Under the pieces are notes generated by a model. The model was not told the origin of the DNA. It worked only from the letters and a program-made list of their open reading frames with translations, and searched no databases. Both the position numbers and the translations under genes were made by a program. Shown one piece after another: positions 19,082-27,272 of a DNA stretch of 54,695 nucleotides; the stretch's first letter is position 1, and every line of letters begins with the position of its first letter. The DNA lies in IMG/VR virus record IMGVR_UViG_3300009124_000017, positions 1-54,695 of that record, one strand, 5' to 3'. This DNA is from a virus. Lineage: Duplodnaviria > Caudoviricetes.

Positions 19082-19602
19082 ATACGTTTGAATTGAAAAG
19101 GACCATTTTTTGAACCCCAAATTTGTTCTTTGGTGTCAAGGTCAAATCCTTTGTCTTCTACATTATACCACGAATCTCCAAGAATTGCAGTATTTTCTAA
19201 GTAAGTGTCTTTGTTTCCCCATCGGACAAAGCAATTACATCCTGGTTGAATTCTTCCTATAAAATGATCACCCATGTCCTCAAAAATTGTATCACACCCT
19301 CGTTTGTATGTCAAGGGACTTCCAGAAACTAAGTGAAGATTTTTGAAACCAAGATAACGTGACTTATCTGCTGGTTCCATTGATCTTACGATAATTCTAC
19401 CACGACATTCAGAAATTTGCAAGAAAAACTGACGATATGGTGTCTGGGTTTTGTTGAAGTATGCTTGCTCACCATAAAATAAACCGTGATTGTTTACTCT
19501 ACGATGTTCAACAACAATATATGCGTATTTTGATGGGTATGAAAATGCTTGAATTCTATTAGTAAATTTTCCTTCAAACCATTCATAAAATTTATCAATC
19601 AT
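19072..19602 (-). CDS. cpeT: CpeT/CpcT-type phycobiliprotein lyase
   Basis: GKFTNRIQAFSYPSKYAYI..H..FYGEQAY....PYRQ..GCD..F..C...DKGFD...QIWGS..GPFQF. Confidence 0.9.
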   Translation of the reverse strand: MIDKFYEWFEGKFTNRIQAFSYPSKYAYIVVEHRRVNNHGLFYGEQAYFNKTQTPYRQFFLQISECRGRIIVRSMEPADKSRYLGFKNLHLVSGSPLTYKRGCDTIFEDMGDHFIGRIQPGCNCFVRWGNKDTYLENTAILGDSWYNVEDKGFDLDTKEQIWGSKNGPFQFKRMGL

Positions 19603-19867
19603 CTTGGGGCAGCATAGAGGGATTATCTAATGGCAGTTCAAACATTAGTGGGTGCATTTCTTCTTCCACAAGATACGAAGAAACTTTATAAAGTTCTTCC
19701 ATATCAAAATCTCTGCTTCCGAGTGCTTCAGTTTGAATCTGAGGCATCTCTTCAACACCTTTAGGAAGTTCGTCGAAAGTATACGGCAGACCTTGTATGA
19801 AATACATACGCACAACACTACCTTCAAGATAAACGTATCTTTGAGTTAATTGGTAGGTTACAGTCAT
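19595..19867 (-). CDS. Cyanophage hypothetical protein
   Basis: ORF track. Start moved to MTVTYQ because of a GGAGG SD and an upstream late promoter. Confidence 0.7.
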   Translation of the reverse strand: MTVTYQLTQRYVYLEGSVVRMYFIQGLPYTFDELPKGVEEMPQIQTEALGSRDFDMEELYKVSSYLVEEEMHPLMFELPLDNPSMLPQDD

Positions 19868-19885
19868 GCCGCCCTCCGCTATCAT

Positions 19886-19893
19886 TATTTATA
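19886..19893 (-). promoter_or_regulatory. Late promoter TATAAATA overlapping the 3' end of tRNA-Leu(UAA)
   Basis: Exact consensus; positioned to drive the hypothetical gene and cpeT. Confidence 0.7.
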
Positions 19894-19975
19894 GGACCAG
19901 AGGGACTTGAACCCTCACGACCTAACGGTCAACAGATTTTAAGTCTGCAATGTCTACCAATTCCATCATGGTCCC
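19892..19975 (-). tRNA. tRNA-Leu (UAA)
   Basis: GGGACCATGATGGAATTGGTAGACATTGCAGACT-TAA-AATCTGT; long variable arm; GGTTCAAGTCC. Confidence 0.92.
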
Positions 19976-19979
19976 AAGG

Positions 19980-20051
19980 TGGGAAATGGTGGATTTGAAC
20001 CACCGACCTCCGCGTTATCAGCACGTTGCTCTACCACTGAGCTAATCTCCC
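19980..20051 (-). tRNA. tRNA-Ile (GAU)
   Basis: GGGAGATTAGCTCAGTGGTAGAGCAACGTGCT-GAT-AACGCGG..GGTTCAAATCC. Confidence 0.9.
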
Positions 20052-20060
20052 AATGAGACA

Positions 20061-20089
20061 ATCATACCTTAAAGGCAGTGGATTGTCAA
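20061..20089 (-). promoter_or_regulatory. Sigma70-like promoter TTGACA-N17-TATGAT
   Basis: Near-consensus boxes with 17-nt spacing just upstream of tRNA-Ile. Confidence 0.75.
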
Positions 20090-20162
20090 TAGTCCCTACG
20101 GGATTTGAACCCGTGTCGCCTCCGTGAAAGGGAGGTGTCCTAAACCACTAGACGAAGGGACC
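20090..20162 (-). tRNA. tRNA-Glu (UUC)
   Basis: GGTCCCTTCGTCTAGTGGTTTAGGACACCTCCCT-TTC-ACGGAGG..GGTTCAAATCC. Confidence 0.93.
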
Positions 20163-20166
20163 AAGG

Positions 20167-20239
20167 TGGGTTATGTTGGATTCGAACCAACGACTTACAG
20201 GTTAAAAGCCCGCTACTCTACCAACTGAGTTAATAACCC
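20167..20239 (-). tRNA. tRNA-Lys (UUU)
   Basis: GGGTTATTAACTCAGTTGGTAGAGTAGCGGGCT-TTT-AACCTGT..GGTTCGAATCC. Confidence 0.92.
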
Positions 20240-20333
20240 TGGCGGAAGTGGTTGGATTTGAACCAACGGATACATTATAGCATGTATCGGAGGATTAGCA
20301 ATCCTCTGCATTAAACCGCTCTGCCACACTTCC
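20240..20333 (-). tRNA. tRNA-Ser (GCU), CCA encoded
   Basis: GGAAGTGTGGCAGAGCGGTTTAATGCAGAGGATT-GCT-AATCCTC; long variable arm; ends GCCA. Confidence 0.93.
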
Positions 20334-20349
20334 ATGGGGGTTCTTAAAA

Positions 20350-20472
20350 TTAAAGAAGCATTAGTTTCTTCTTGAGCATTTTAGCACGTTTTTTGGCAGA
20401 ACGCAATGCCTGAGGTTTCAGATGTCGTTTTTGCTCCTTCTTGCTATGGTGCTGCCAGTTTGGCGTGGTCAT
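20350..20472 (-). CDS. Small basic protein (40 aa)
   Basis: Hand-translated MTTPNWQHHSKKEQKRHLKPQALRSAKKRAKMLKKKLMLL; ATGA overlap with the upstream gene. Confidence 0.65.
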   Translation of the reverse strand: MTTPNWQHHSKKEQKRHLKPQALRSAKKRAKMLKKKLMLL

Positions 20473-20714
20473 TGGAATAGTCCTTTGTCTCTCATGTAGT
20501 TTAGTGTATCCTTGATTGACCCAACATGCAACGCCCCCAGTGCCACTTGTGGAAATGGCGCACCCTCACCAAATTCTGCCTCGAATGCTCTCATACTGAA
20601 ATGTTGATTAAGACGATACTCAAGAAATTCACCACCCAATGCTTTGAGTAGTTGTGCCATGCGTTCGCACTCTTGTGATCCGTTGCTGTAAATAACTGCT
20701 GTATCTGCGATCAT
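20469..20714 (-). CDS. Glutaredoxin-like protein with degenerate active site (SQEC)
   Basis: VIYSNGSQECERMAQLL...F...APFPQV...HVGS glutaredoxin-fold pattern. Confidence 0.7.
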   Translation of the reverse strand: MIADTAVIYSNGSQECERMAQLLKALGGEFLEYRLNQHFSMRAFEAEFGEGAPFPQVALGALHVGSIKDTLNYMRDKGLFQ

Positions 20715-20893
20715 TTGTTTTCGTGGTTGAATTCGATTACAATCTTTTCGTGCTTAGTAGTTCTATCAGAAACGTAGTAATGTGATGCAGTTCCACCTAA
20801 AAGTTGTTCAATGCTACTTACAAGATTAGCAGCAATTGCTTTGTTAGTTGCTTCTCGCCAGTTTCCTTTAATACGTGGTTCGTTTTCAGTCAT
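20711..20893 (-). CDS. Hypothetical protein
   Basis: ORF track; tightly coupled to neighbours. Confidence 0.65.
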   Translation of the reverse strand: MTENEPRIKGNWREATNKAIAANLVSSIEQLLGGTASHYYVSDRTTKHEKIVIEFNHENK

Positions 20894-21023
20894 GTGCTAA
20901 AGAATATAGATGATTGAGAATTTCATTTAATTCATTATAACGTTTAGTATTAAATTGTTGTAAAGCACGTTCTTGTTCTCTACGAACAATTGCTTCTACT
21001 TCTTGCCATTGACGTTGGTTCAT
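20886..21023 (-). CDS. Small hypothetical protein (45 aa)
   Basis: Hand-translated MNQRQWQEVEAIVRREQERALQQFN...SLAHD; fills the gap between genes. Confidence 0.6.
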   Translation of the reverse strand: MNQRQWQEVEAIVRREQERALQQFNTKRYNELNEILNHLYSLAHD

Positions 21024-21178
21024 GGAAATTTTGGTGTGTTTTGTTGGTGGCGAAGTCCCTTAGTATAACCCATAAGGTATACTTTTTCAACTAATTGATC
21101 CATTTCACGTTGAATCTGCAATAATGCTTCATCAACTTCAAGTTGCTCATCTAATGTGATATGTGGTTTGTCAGTCAC
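21020..21178 (-). CDS. Small hypothetical protein (52 aa, GTG start)
   Basis: Hand-translated MTDKPHITLDEQLEVDEALLQIQREMD...; overlaps both neighbours by 4-8 nt. Confidence 0.5.
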   Translation of the reverse strand: MTDKPHITLDEQLEVDEALLQIQREMDQLVEKVYLMGYTKGLRHQQNTPKFP

Positions 21179-21488
21179 GTTGTCTCCAGTCGTCAGGTTT
21201 GTCTTGTTTGAACCAGTCTACAATTTCATCAGCAGACTTGAACCCCGTTCTGTGATTGGATGGGTCGGGGTCACCTAATCCCATCCTATTCATAAAATCA
21301 TCCATACTACCATCCTGCATATCTGGGTTGGCAGCTGCACGTCTTGCTTTCTTGAGCATCTCATTAGCAGTAGTGTTTGCTCTGCCAAGTTTATCTGCCC
21401 AAATCATGTCTTCAAGTTTTACTTCCTCCCCGTTAGCGATACACTTGCAAATGAACTCTAATCTTAGTCTATATTGTGTAGAAAGCAT
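21171..21488 (-). CDS. Cyanophage hypothetical protein
   Basis: ORF track; MLSTQYRLRLEFICKCI...DDWRQRD. Confidence 0.75.
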   Translation of the reverse strand: MLSTQYRLRLEFICKCIANGEEVKLEDMIWADKLGRANTTANEMLKKARRAAANPDMQDGSMDDFMNRMGLGDPDPSNHRTGFKSADEIVDWFKQDKPDDWRQRD

Positions 21489-21489
21489 T

Positions 21490-21687
21490 TTACTCTTCCG
21501 ACAGATAATGTTCTAACTGATTAATTCTGGAGAATTCTTGATATGCCAATTCTGAACGAATATGAAGAATATCACGAATATCATCCATGATGAATGTTGG
21601 ATCGACACCATCATCAAGGTATTTGTCAATCGATTCTTTTAAATATCGATATCTATGCCACTCAGGACTATATGGTTTGTAGTGCAT
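21490..21687 (-). CDS. Cyanophage hypothetical protein
   Basis: ORF track; YKPYSPEWHR motif; promoters upstream. Confidence 0.7.
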   Translation of the reverse strand: MHYKPYSPEWHRYRYLKESIDKYLDDGVDPTFIMDDIRDILHIRSELAYQEFSRINQLEHYLSEE

Positions 21688-21747
21688 AATGAAGAATCAT
21701 TCAATAGTTATTTAGAGTCACTATGACCCTTGAACCCTTACAGAGTC

Positions 21748-21776
21748 ATCCTACTCGGTTTATGGGGATTTGTCAA
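21748..21776 (-). promoter_or_regulatory. Sigma70-like promoter TTGACA-N17-TAGGAT
   Basis: Perfect -35 and 17-nt spacer; heads the small-gene/tRNA island. Confidence 0.65.
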
Positions 21777-21777
21777 G

Positions 21778-21833
21778 CTCGACTTTTTTGGCAATTTTTG
21801 GGCGGAGAAAATTTTTCGACTTTTATGTAATCA
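21778..21833. repeat. Dispersed ~55-nt intergenic element, copy 1
   Basis: TCGACTTTTTTGGCAATTTTTGGGCGGAGAAAATTTTTCGACTTTTATGTAATCA. Confidence 0.8.
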
Positions 21834-22910
21834 GTTCAGGAAAATCGATTTACCGTTGATTTTAGTAGCACCTTTTGCTTTGATGTTAAGCACAGTAGTG
21901 TCGAAGTCTGATGTGCCGACGAACTTACCTTTAAAGAATGATGCTGCTTTGATTTCAAGAGATCCTTGTGTACCTGCACCCAAATCGAGTAAATATACGG
22001 GATCTTTCTGTCCCTTAGGTGATGTTGAGCGACCAGTAATTTTTGATTTCTTCGTTCCTCTAACTTCTTCGACAGAACTACCACCAACAATAGTAGCAGT
22101 ACCACCTCTTGTTGCTTTAAACAATAGGTGACCAGTTTCGGATTCAAATTGCATATCACCTTTTGACTTTATGCTATAGTTTCCAGAAACAACATGATTA
22201 ATGTCACCAACCGTATTAATAGACGCTGATGCTCCTACCTTATCTTTCTGGTTGACAGCAAATTCACCTGTTCCATCAACATAAAAACCACCACTGGTAG
22301 TAAATCTTGCAAATGATGAATCTACATTAACATCAGCACCTGACATGTTAATTTTACCTTGACCCTCAGCAGATTCTATGTTAATATTCTCTCCTGCGCG
22401 TAAGATAAGATTATTGACTGCATTTAATGTAATATTGTCACCTTTAATGCCAACGTCACCGCCTTGTGACTCTAATGCAACATCACCTTCGACATAAATT
22501 GAGTATGCAGGAGTTTTTTTAGTATCACCAGTAGTATCTTCCTCTGTCTCTTCGTCGTTACCTTTTACATGTAAATTATAAGAACCTGTAGATTCGTGGT
22601 GATTATTAGAGTGAATGATTACTTTACCACCACATCCAGATTGTCCTGGTTTTCCTGTTGCTAATACAATGTTTCCATTTATATCAAAGTGGAACATTGA
22701 TTGTCCATTTGATAAAATAAATCCCGTGGTTCCATCGCTGTTTGTATAGGAACCCATCGTCCATCCATGCTTTGTTGCAATGACATGGAAGTCATCATTA
22801 CAAAACTGACCTTCTTCCTGTGCATCAGAACCTTCTGGTCTTGCTGCGCCTTTCTTTTGAAAGTCTTTTTGTTTTGTACTTGGTTGTTGGTGTATATCTT
22901 TGTGTGCCAT
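21831..22910 (-). CDS. gp5 C-terminal-like beta-helix spike protein
   Basis: Short beta-repeat composition (I.L.A..NI.I.S), ends INGKSIFLN, directly downstream of the gp5 OB-fold gene. Confidence 0.6.
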   Translation of the reverse strand: MAHKDIHQQPSTKQKDFQKKGAARPEGSDAQEEGQFCNDDFHVIATKHGWTMGSYTNSDGTTGFILSNGQSMFHFDINGNIVLATGKPGQSGCGGKVIIHSNNHHESTGSYNLHVKGNDEETEEDTTGDTKKTPAYSIYVEGDVALESQGGDVGIKGDNITLNAVNNLILRAGENINIESAEGQGKINMSGADVNVDSSFARFTTSGGFYVDGTGEFAVNQKDKVGASASINTVGDINHVVSGNYSIKSKGDMQFESETGHLLFKATRGGTATIVGGSSVEEVRGTKKSKITGRSTSPKGQKDPVYLLDLGAGTQGSLEIKAASFFKGKFVGTSDFDTTVLNIKAKGATKINGKSIFLN

Positions 22911-22921
22911 TATCTATTCTC

Positions 22922-25858
22922 CTATGGACAATCAACGTAGGAACCAGTACCAATCTTAGCGTAACCCTTACGCTCAAGTTCATTACTATCTAGGCATACC
23001 ATATTAGGCAAGAATCGTGCTCCTCCACCTCCACCACCAAAGATAATAATCTCTGGCATTGACTCATATCGTTTAGATCTATCGGTAGGTTGTATACTAA
23101 CAACAAATCCTCTCTCATCGATAATTGCTTTTGCAAGATCTCTCTCACCACCAACAAGAACAGTTGGTGCTTGTTCGTATCCACTACCAGGAGAGAGCAT
23201 TGTGAATGAATCTACAACACACTGTAGATTATTATTTCTTGGTGTATTTGGGTTATAATTAACACCTTGTCTTGTAACTCTAACTTCAGTAACAAATCCT
23301 CTGTCATCGATTAGAGCAACACCACCTCCACCATATCCAGGACCAGTGACGATAATTTGCGGTGCTTTTTGATAAGGTCCTCCAGGTACAACGATAGGAA
23401 TCTCAATAATAGAACCATTATCATCAGTGATTGGAGAACCTGCAACTGGTTTCTTGGGAATAAAATCATCCTCTGGAGTTGGATCATCGATTTCATTATC
23501 TCCACCCTCTGCATCTTCACCAATTCTGAAGTTAGTTGAAGCACCTTTCTCTGCAATGATCAAGGTAACTCTTTCGATTCCCTCAACTTCTGTATCATCT
23601 TCAATGCCAATGACAAAGGCAGCAATATTATTTGTTACCGTGAAAGTTCCTGTTAGAGAATTTGAAACAAAATCAGAAGCAGATACATTAGCACCGACCA
23701 TAAAGAATGTTGCTTCTGTGCCGTCAGGAACATTTGTTGTGCTCACTGTCACCAATACATCTTGACCTTCTTGATAGAATTTTTTATCTGTAGTTACGCT
23801 CCAAGTAGAGATAAGATCTCCCTCATCAATCTCTTCATCTGGATTAAATCCTGTGATATCAATAACAACATCCGTTGACGCATCAAGTGGATATGTAGTG
23901 GTTACATCATCCTCATCAGTTTGATCGACACTACCTGTAGCAACAAACGACAACAATTCAGGTGATGTTTCAGTGACACCATCATCAGCAATAAGAACAC
24001 TAACTGTTGCTGTATTATTATTCATGATGAACGTACCTGTTAAGTCACCATTAATATCAGTTTCAGTAATGTTTGGTCCCGATAGTTCGTATGTAAACAC
24101 AGTTCCATTTGGAATGTTTAATCCAACGATAGTGTAGATAATAGTTTCGCCTTCATTGTATAAAGTATTGTCAGCATAACAATCAATGTAAGGTTCATCC
24201 TGAATAGGTAGAGTTACAGGATCTTCGTCATCATCTTCTGGGAACTCAGGAGTTGCATCAATATCATCATCATCTACAATTTCCTCATCTTCTTCATCCT
24301 CTGGTGGATCTATATCAGGAATAGGATAGTCAGTTGTTGCATCACCATCTGGTACTGTATTTGCAGGAGGATCTGTGAAATCATCAAACACACCACCGAT
24401 GAAGAAGACTTCGTTGGCAGCTTTTGGTGGTACATTTTTTGCTTCATTACAAACAAATTGACCGAAGTCACCAATACCAGATTCAATTGCTGCAAGAAGT
24501 TTATCTAATGAATCATCTTCTTTTGTTCCACAATCAGTACACTTTTCTTGGATTGGTTCACACTTTTGTGATGGTCCTGTACATGTGATACCCAAAAGTT
24601 TCATGAAATTATTGATGATACCACCAATGAAGTTCAGTGGTGCAGCAATAGCATCTAAGATTGCTTGAATAGGTGCTAAAATTCTTTGAACCAGTGCATC
24701 AAACTGTGCAAGAATTTCATTCAAGATACCGTCAATAAGATTATCAATAAAACATGCTGCTGCATTGAATACATCAGACAGGTAACCCATGATCAGATCA
24801 GTAATAAATCTTGCAATAGTATCAGTGATGTCTGCAATACTACAACCAAGATCTTTAAAGATATTGTCAAAGATTTCTTTTACTTTCTTGAGTTTATTAC
24901 TTTTCTCTTTGATAGGTTTAAATGCTTCATCTGGGTCTTTGTAAGGACCTTGAGCAACATAACCTACAGTTTTCTCTGTTGTTAAGATAGTTTTATTGAG
25001 ATAATCAATAGCACCACGAAGTGACTTAACAACTTCAGTCTTTCCTCTTGCAATAAAACTTTTAACGAGTCTTACAACACGACTAATGTGATATCGTGCT
25101 TGAGCTACACCATCATAGAGTAAACCATTGATCTTACTGACATAAAAGTCTCCGATCTGTCCACCAGATGCTTGGTTAGCAGCAAGAAGATCTCCCATGA
25201 TTCTGGTGAGACCATTCTTAAGATTGTTTTCTTGACCGCAGTTGGGGTTAGCAATAACAACGCAACTCTTTCCTCCAGTAGGATTAGTTTCTGAATGCTT
25301 AGCATATGCTGCTAATAAAACTGGCGGTGCTCCGTTCTTTTGATCTGCTTTGTCTGCATCAATAACACCTTTGTCAGTGTTGCCACCAGAATCATTCTTA
25401 CCTGCTGGTGTATCTGTAGATCTATTTTGTTTGGGATTAGTCTTAGGATCTAAAACTGCTTTGAAGTTTAGTGGAGCACTTGGGTTGTCATCGTTATTAG
25501 ATTCTTTAGTTGCACCCTTGACACCACCAACAGATCCCATGATAATAGGTTTCTGTTTATCATTGTCCAAATAAAATCCGACTACAAAGCAACCACGTTG
25601 CAGTCCAGGAGATGCACCACCAGTACCACCCTCAATGAATGGTGCGGTGACAGGCATCATGACATGTGCCCAAGGTAATTCTGCTGTAGGTGTAGCATTG
25701 TCACCTGTCTTTAGGTGCTGTCCAATAATACGCACACGGTATCTACCTGACCTTTTAGGGTCATCTTTCTTATTGGTTTCTACCTGACCGATCCACCAAG
25801 AGAATCCGTCAGAACCAATTTGATGTATAGGATACAGCGATGATAAAGATTGATCCAT
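22922..25858 (-). CDS. gp5: Baseplate hub protein with gp5 N-terminal OB fold
   Basis: IGSDGFSWWIGQVE..DP..SGRYRVRIIG.H..LPWAHVMMP..VVGFYLD..QKPIIMGS. Confidence 0.8.
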   Translation of the reverse strand: MDQSLSSLYPIHQIGSDGFSWWIGQVETNKKDDPKRSGRYRVRIIGQHLKTGDNATPTAELPWAHVMMPVTAPFIEGGTGGASPGLQRGCFVVGFYLDNDKQKPIIMGSVGGVKGATKESNNDDNPSAPLNFKAVLDPKTNPKQNRSTDTPAGKNDSGGNTDKGVIDADKADQKNGAPPVLLAAYAKHSETNPTGGKSCVVIANPNCGQENNLKNGLTRIMGDLLAANQASGGQIGDFYVSKINGLLYDGVAQARYHISRVVRLVKSFIARGKTEVVKSLRGAIDYLNKTILTTEKTVGYVAQGPYKDPDEAFKPIKEKSNKLKKVKEIFDNIFKDLGCSIADITDTIARFITDLIMGYLSDVFNAAACFIDNLIDGILNEILAQFDALVQRILAPIQAILDAIAAPLNFIGGIINNFMKLLGITCTGPSQKCEPIQEKCTDCGTKEDDSLDKLLAAIESGIGDFGQFVCNEAKNVPPKAANEVFFIGGVFDDFTDPPANTVPDGDATTDYPIPDIDPPEDEEDEEIVDDDDIDATPEFPEDDDEDPVTLPIQDEPYIDCYADNTLYNEGETIIYTIVGLNIPNGTVFTYELSGPNITETDINGDLTGTFIMNNNTATVSVLIADDGVTETSPELLSFVATGSVDQTDEDDVTTTYPLDASTDVVIDITGFNPDEEIDEGDLISTWSVTTDKKFYQEGQDVLVTVSTTNVPDGTEATFFMVGANVSASDFVSNSLTGTFTVTNNIAAFVIGIEDDTEVEGIERVTLIIAEKGASTNFRIGEDAEGGDNEIDDPTPEDDFIPKKPVAGSPITDDNGSIIEIPIVVPGGPYQKAPQIIVTGPGYGGGGVALIDDRGFVTEVRVTRQGVNYNPNTPRNNNLQCVVDSFTMLSPGSGYEQAPTVLVGGERDLAKAIIDERGFVVSIQPTDRSKRYESMPEIIIFGGGGGGARFLPNMVCLDSNELERKGYAKIGTGSYVDCP

Positions 25859-25877
25859 CTTTTAATAACTCCTACTC

Positions 25878-27272
25878 CTATTTAACCTTGGAATCATACT
25901 CTTTAATACCCATAGTGTCACGAATTAATTCTAATCTGGTATGAAACTCTGGGTTTCCATTGTCCATAACAAAAGCATAGTTGTGAGACAATGCAGCAAT
26001 TAAGTAAGTTCCACTTGCTTCCTCATCATATGGTTGTTCATTTCTTAGTTTTTCTGCTACCATATTAGGTAACATAATTTTAATCTTGTCTCCTACTTTT
26101 AGATCGGAGTTACCAGAAATTTCAATCTGAACTTTATGTGTCTCCATTAAGTATCTTCTACCAATAGCTTGTGCAGTATAAAACTTTGCATTGTCTGGGA
26201 AGTCTGCATCACCATCTTCTTCTGGGTTAGCAATATCTTCTCCGCTATACCATGCCTCATGATCCAGCAGAATACTCATAATTCTACTGGGTTTTGATCC
26301 TAATTCTTTTTGATATTTTGCTAACGTTGTTTGACTTCCAAGATGTGACATGTTGTTAAATGTTTTTGACATATCATAAGTATACTCTTCGTATTTTTGA
26401 GAAGAAATATCAAAATAACACATGTGGGTGGAGAAGATACCGTTGTTTAACTTTTCAGATATATCAATGTCTCCATCAAATGCATAGTTCTCAATGTTAT
26501 AAAAGACTTGATCTGGTTGCATTCCAACAGAAGGTCTTGAGTAATATGTTGCTACAGGTTTACTTCCACCGAAAGAATCTGAACCATCGGAACACAATCT
26601 ATCCATGGATTGAAAATAGAATCCATCTTTGTTCTCAAAGAATAAGTATCCTGCTGTACCAGATGCTTGTTTCTTATTGTTGCCACCCAATTCTGACTGA
26701 CTATTTTTAGTACCACCTGTGCTTCCCTTAGTAAACTTGGTTGACTTGGCAACAGTTTTATACATCAATGACTGCACTAATGCATGACACTTCTTTCCAT
26801 TGGGGAAAATACTCATCTTAAATTGAGATGGTTCTGAATACAATTCTTTCTTAGTCTTTAAGATATTTTTAAGAACATCTTGTACAATTGCTTCTGGATT
26901 TGCTTTATATTTTTCTGTAACTCTTGCAGTATTATTTTCAATCCCTTCACTTGATGTAAGAACCAAAGTATAGTATTGCATTTTACCATCAACAGATCTA
27001 TTGACAATTTTTAGGACACGTAAATTATATTCTACTTCTTCGCCCTGTATATTATTCAATTTAACAATGACTTCTTCTCCACCTTGAATAGGTAAGTTCC
27101 CAATAAAGTTTTGTCCACTATCAATCATCAGCATGTTACCTGTAACAAATGGTTGATAGATGTCCTCGTAGTAAGAAAACATTCCAACTGCTTTAGTTAC
27201 ATCATATTGTTTACCACTAACATCTACGATGGTTACCTTTTGAGGTTCAAATTTCTTTGTTGAGTTTGACAT
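25878..27272 (-). CDS. Baseplate hub protein (gp27-like)
   Basis: YYEDIY.PF.TG...LPIQGGE; YLFFENKDGFYF.S; GNSDL.VGD.I; SGTYLIAALSH; adjacent to gp5. Confidence 0.6.
   Translation of the reverse strand: MSNSTKKFEPQKVTIVDVSGKQYDVTKAVGMFSYYEDIYQPFVTGNMLMIDSGQNFIGNLPIQGGEEVIVKLNNIQGEEVEYNLRVLKIVNRSVDGKMQYYTLVLTSSEGIENNTARVTEKYKANPEAIVQDVLKNILKTKKELYSEPSQFKMSIFPNGKKCHALVQSLMYKTVAKSTKFTKGSTGGTKNSQSELGGNNKKQASGTAGYLFFENKDGFYFQSMDRLCSDGSDSFGGSKPVATYYSRPSVGMQPDQVFYNIENYAFDGDIDISEKLNNGIFSTHMCYFDISSQKYEEYTYDMSKTFNNMSHLGSQTTLAKYQKELGSKPSRIMSILLDHEAWYSGEDIANPEEDGDADFPDNAKFYTAQAIGRRYLMETHKVQIEISGNSDLKVGDKIKIMLPNMVAEKLRNEQPYDEEASGTYLIAALSHNYAFVMDNGNPEFHTRLELIRDTMGIKEYDSKVK

Noticed and set aside
21062-21090. 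TTGAAA-N17-TATACT promoter-like match
   Set aside because: Lies inside a probable small ORF in AT-rich DNA; insufficient support
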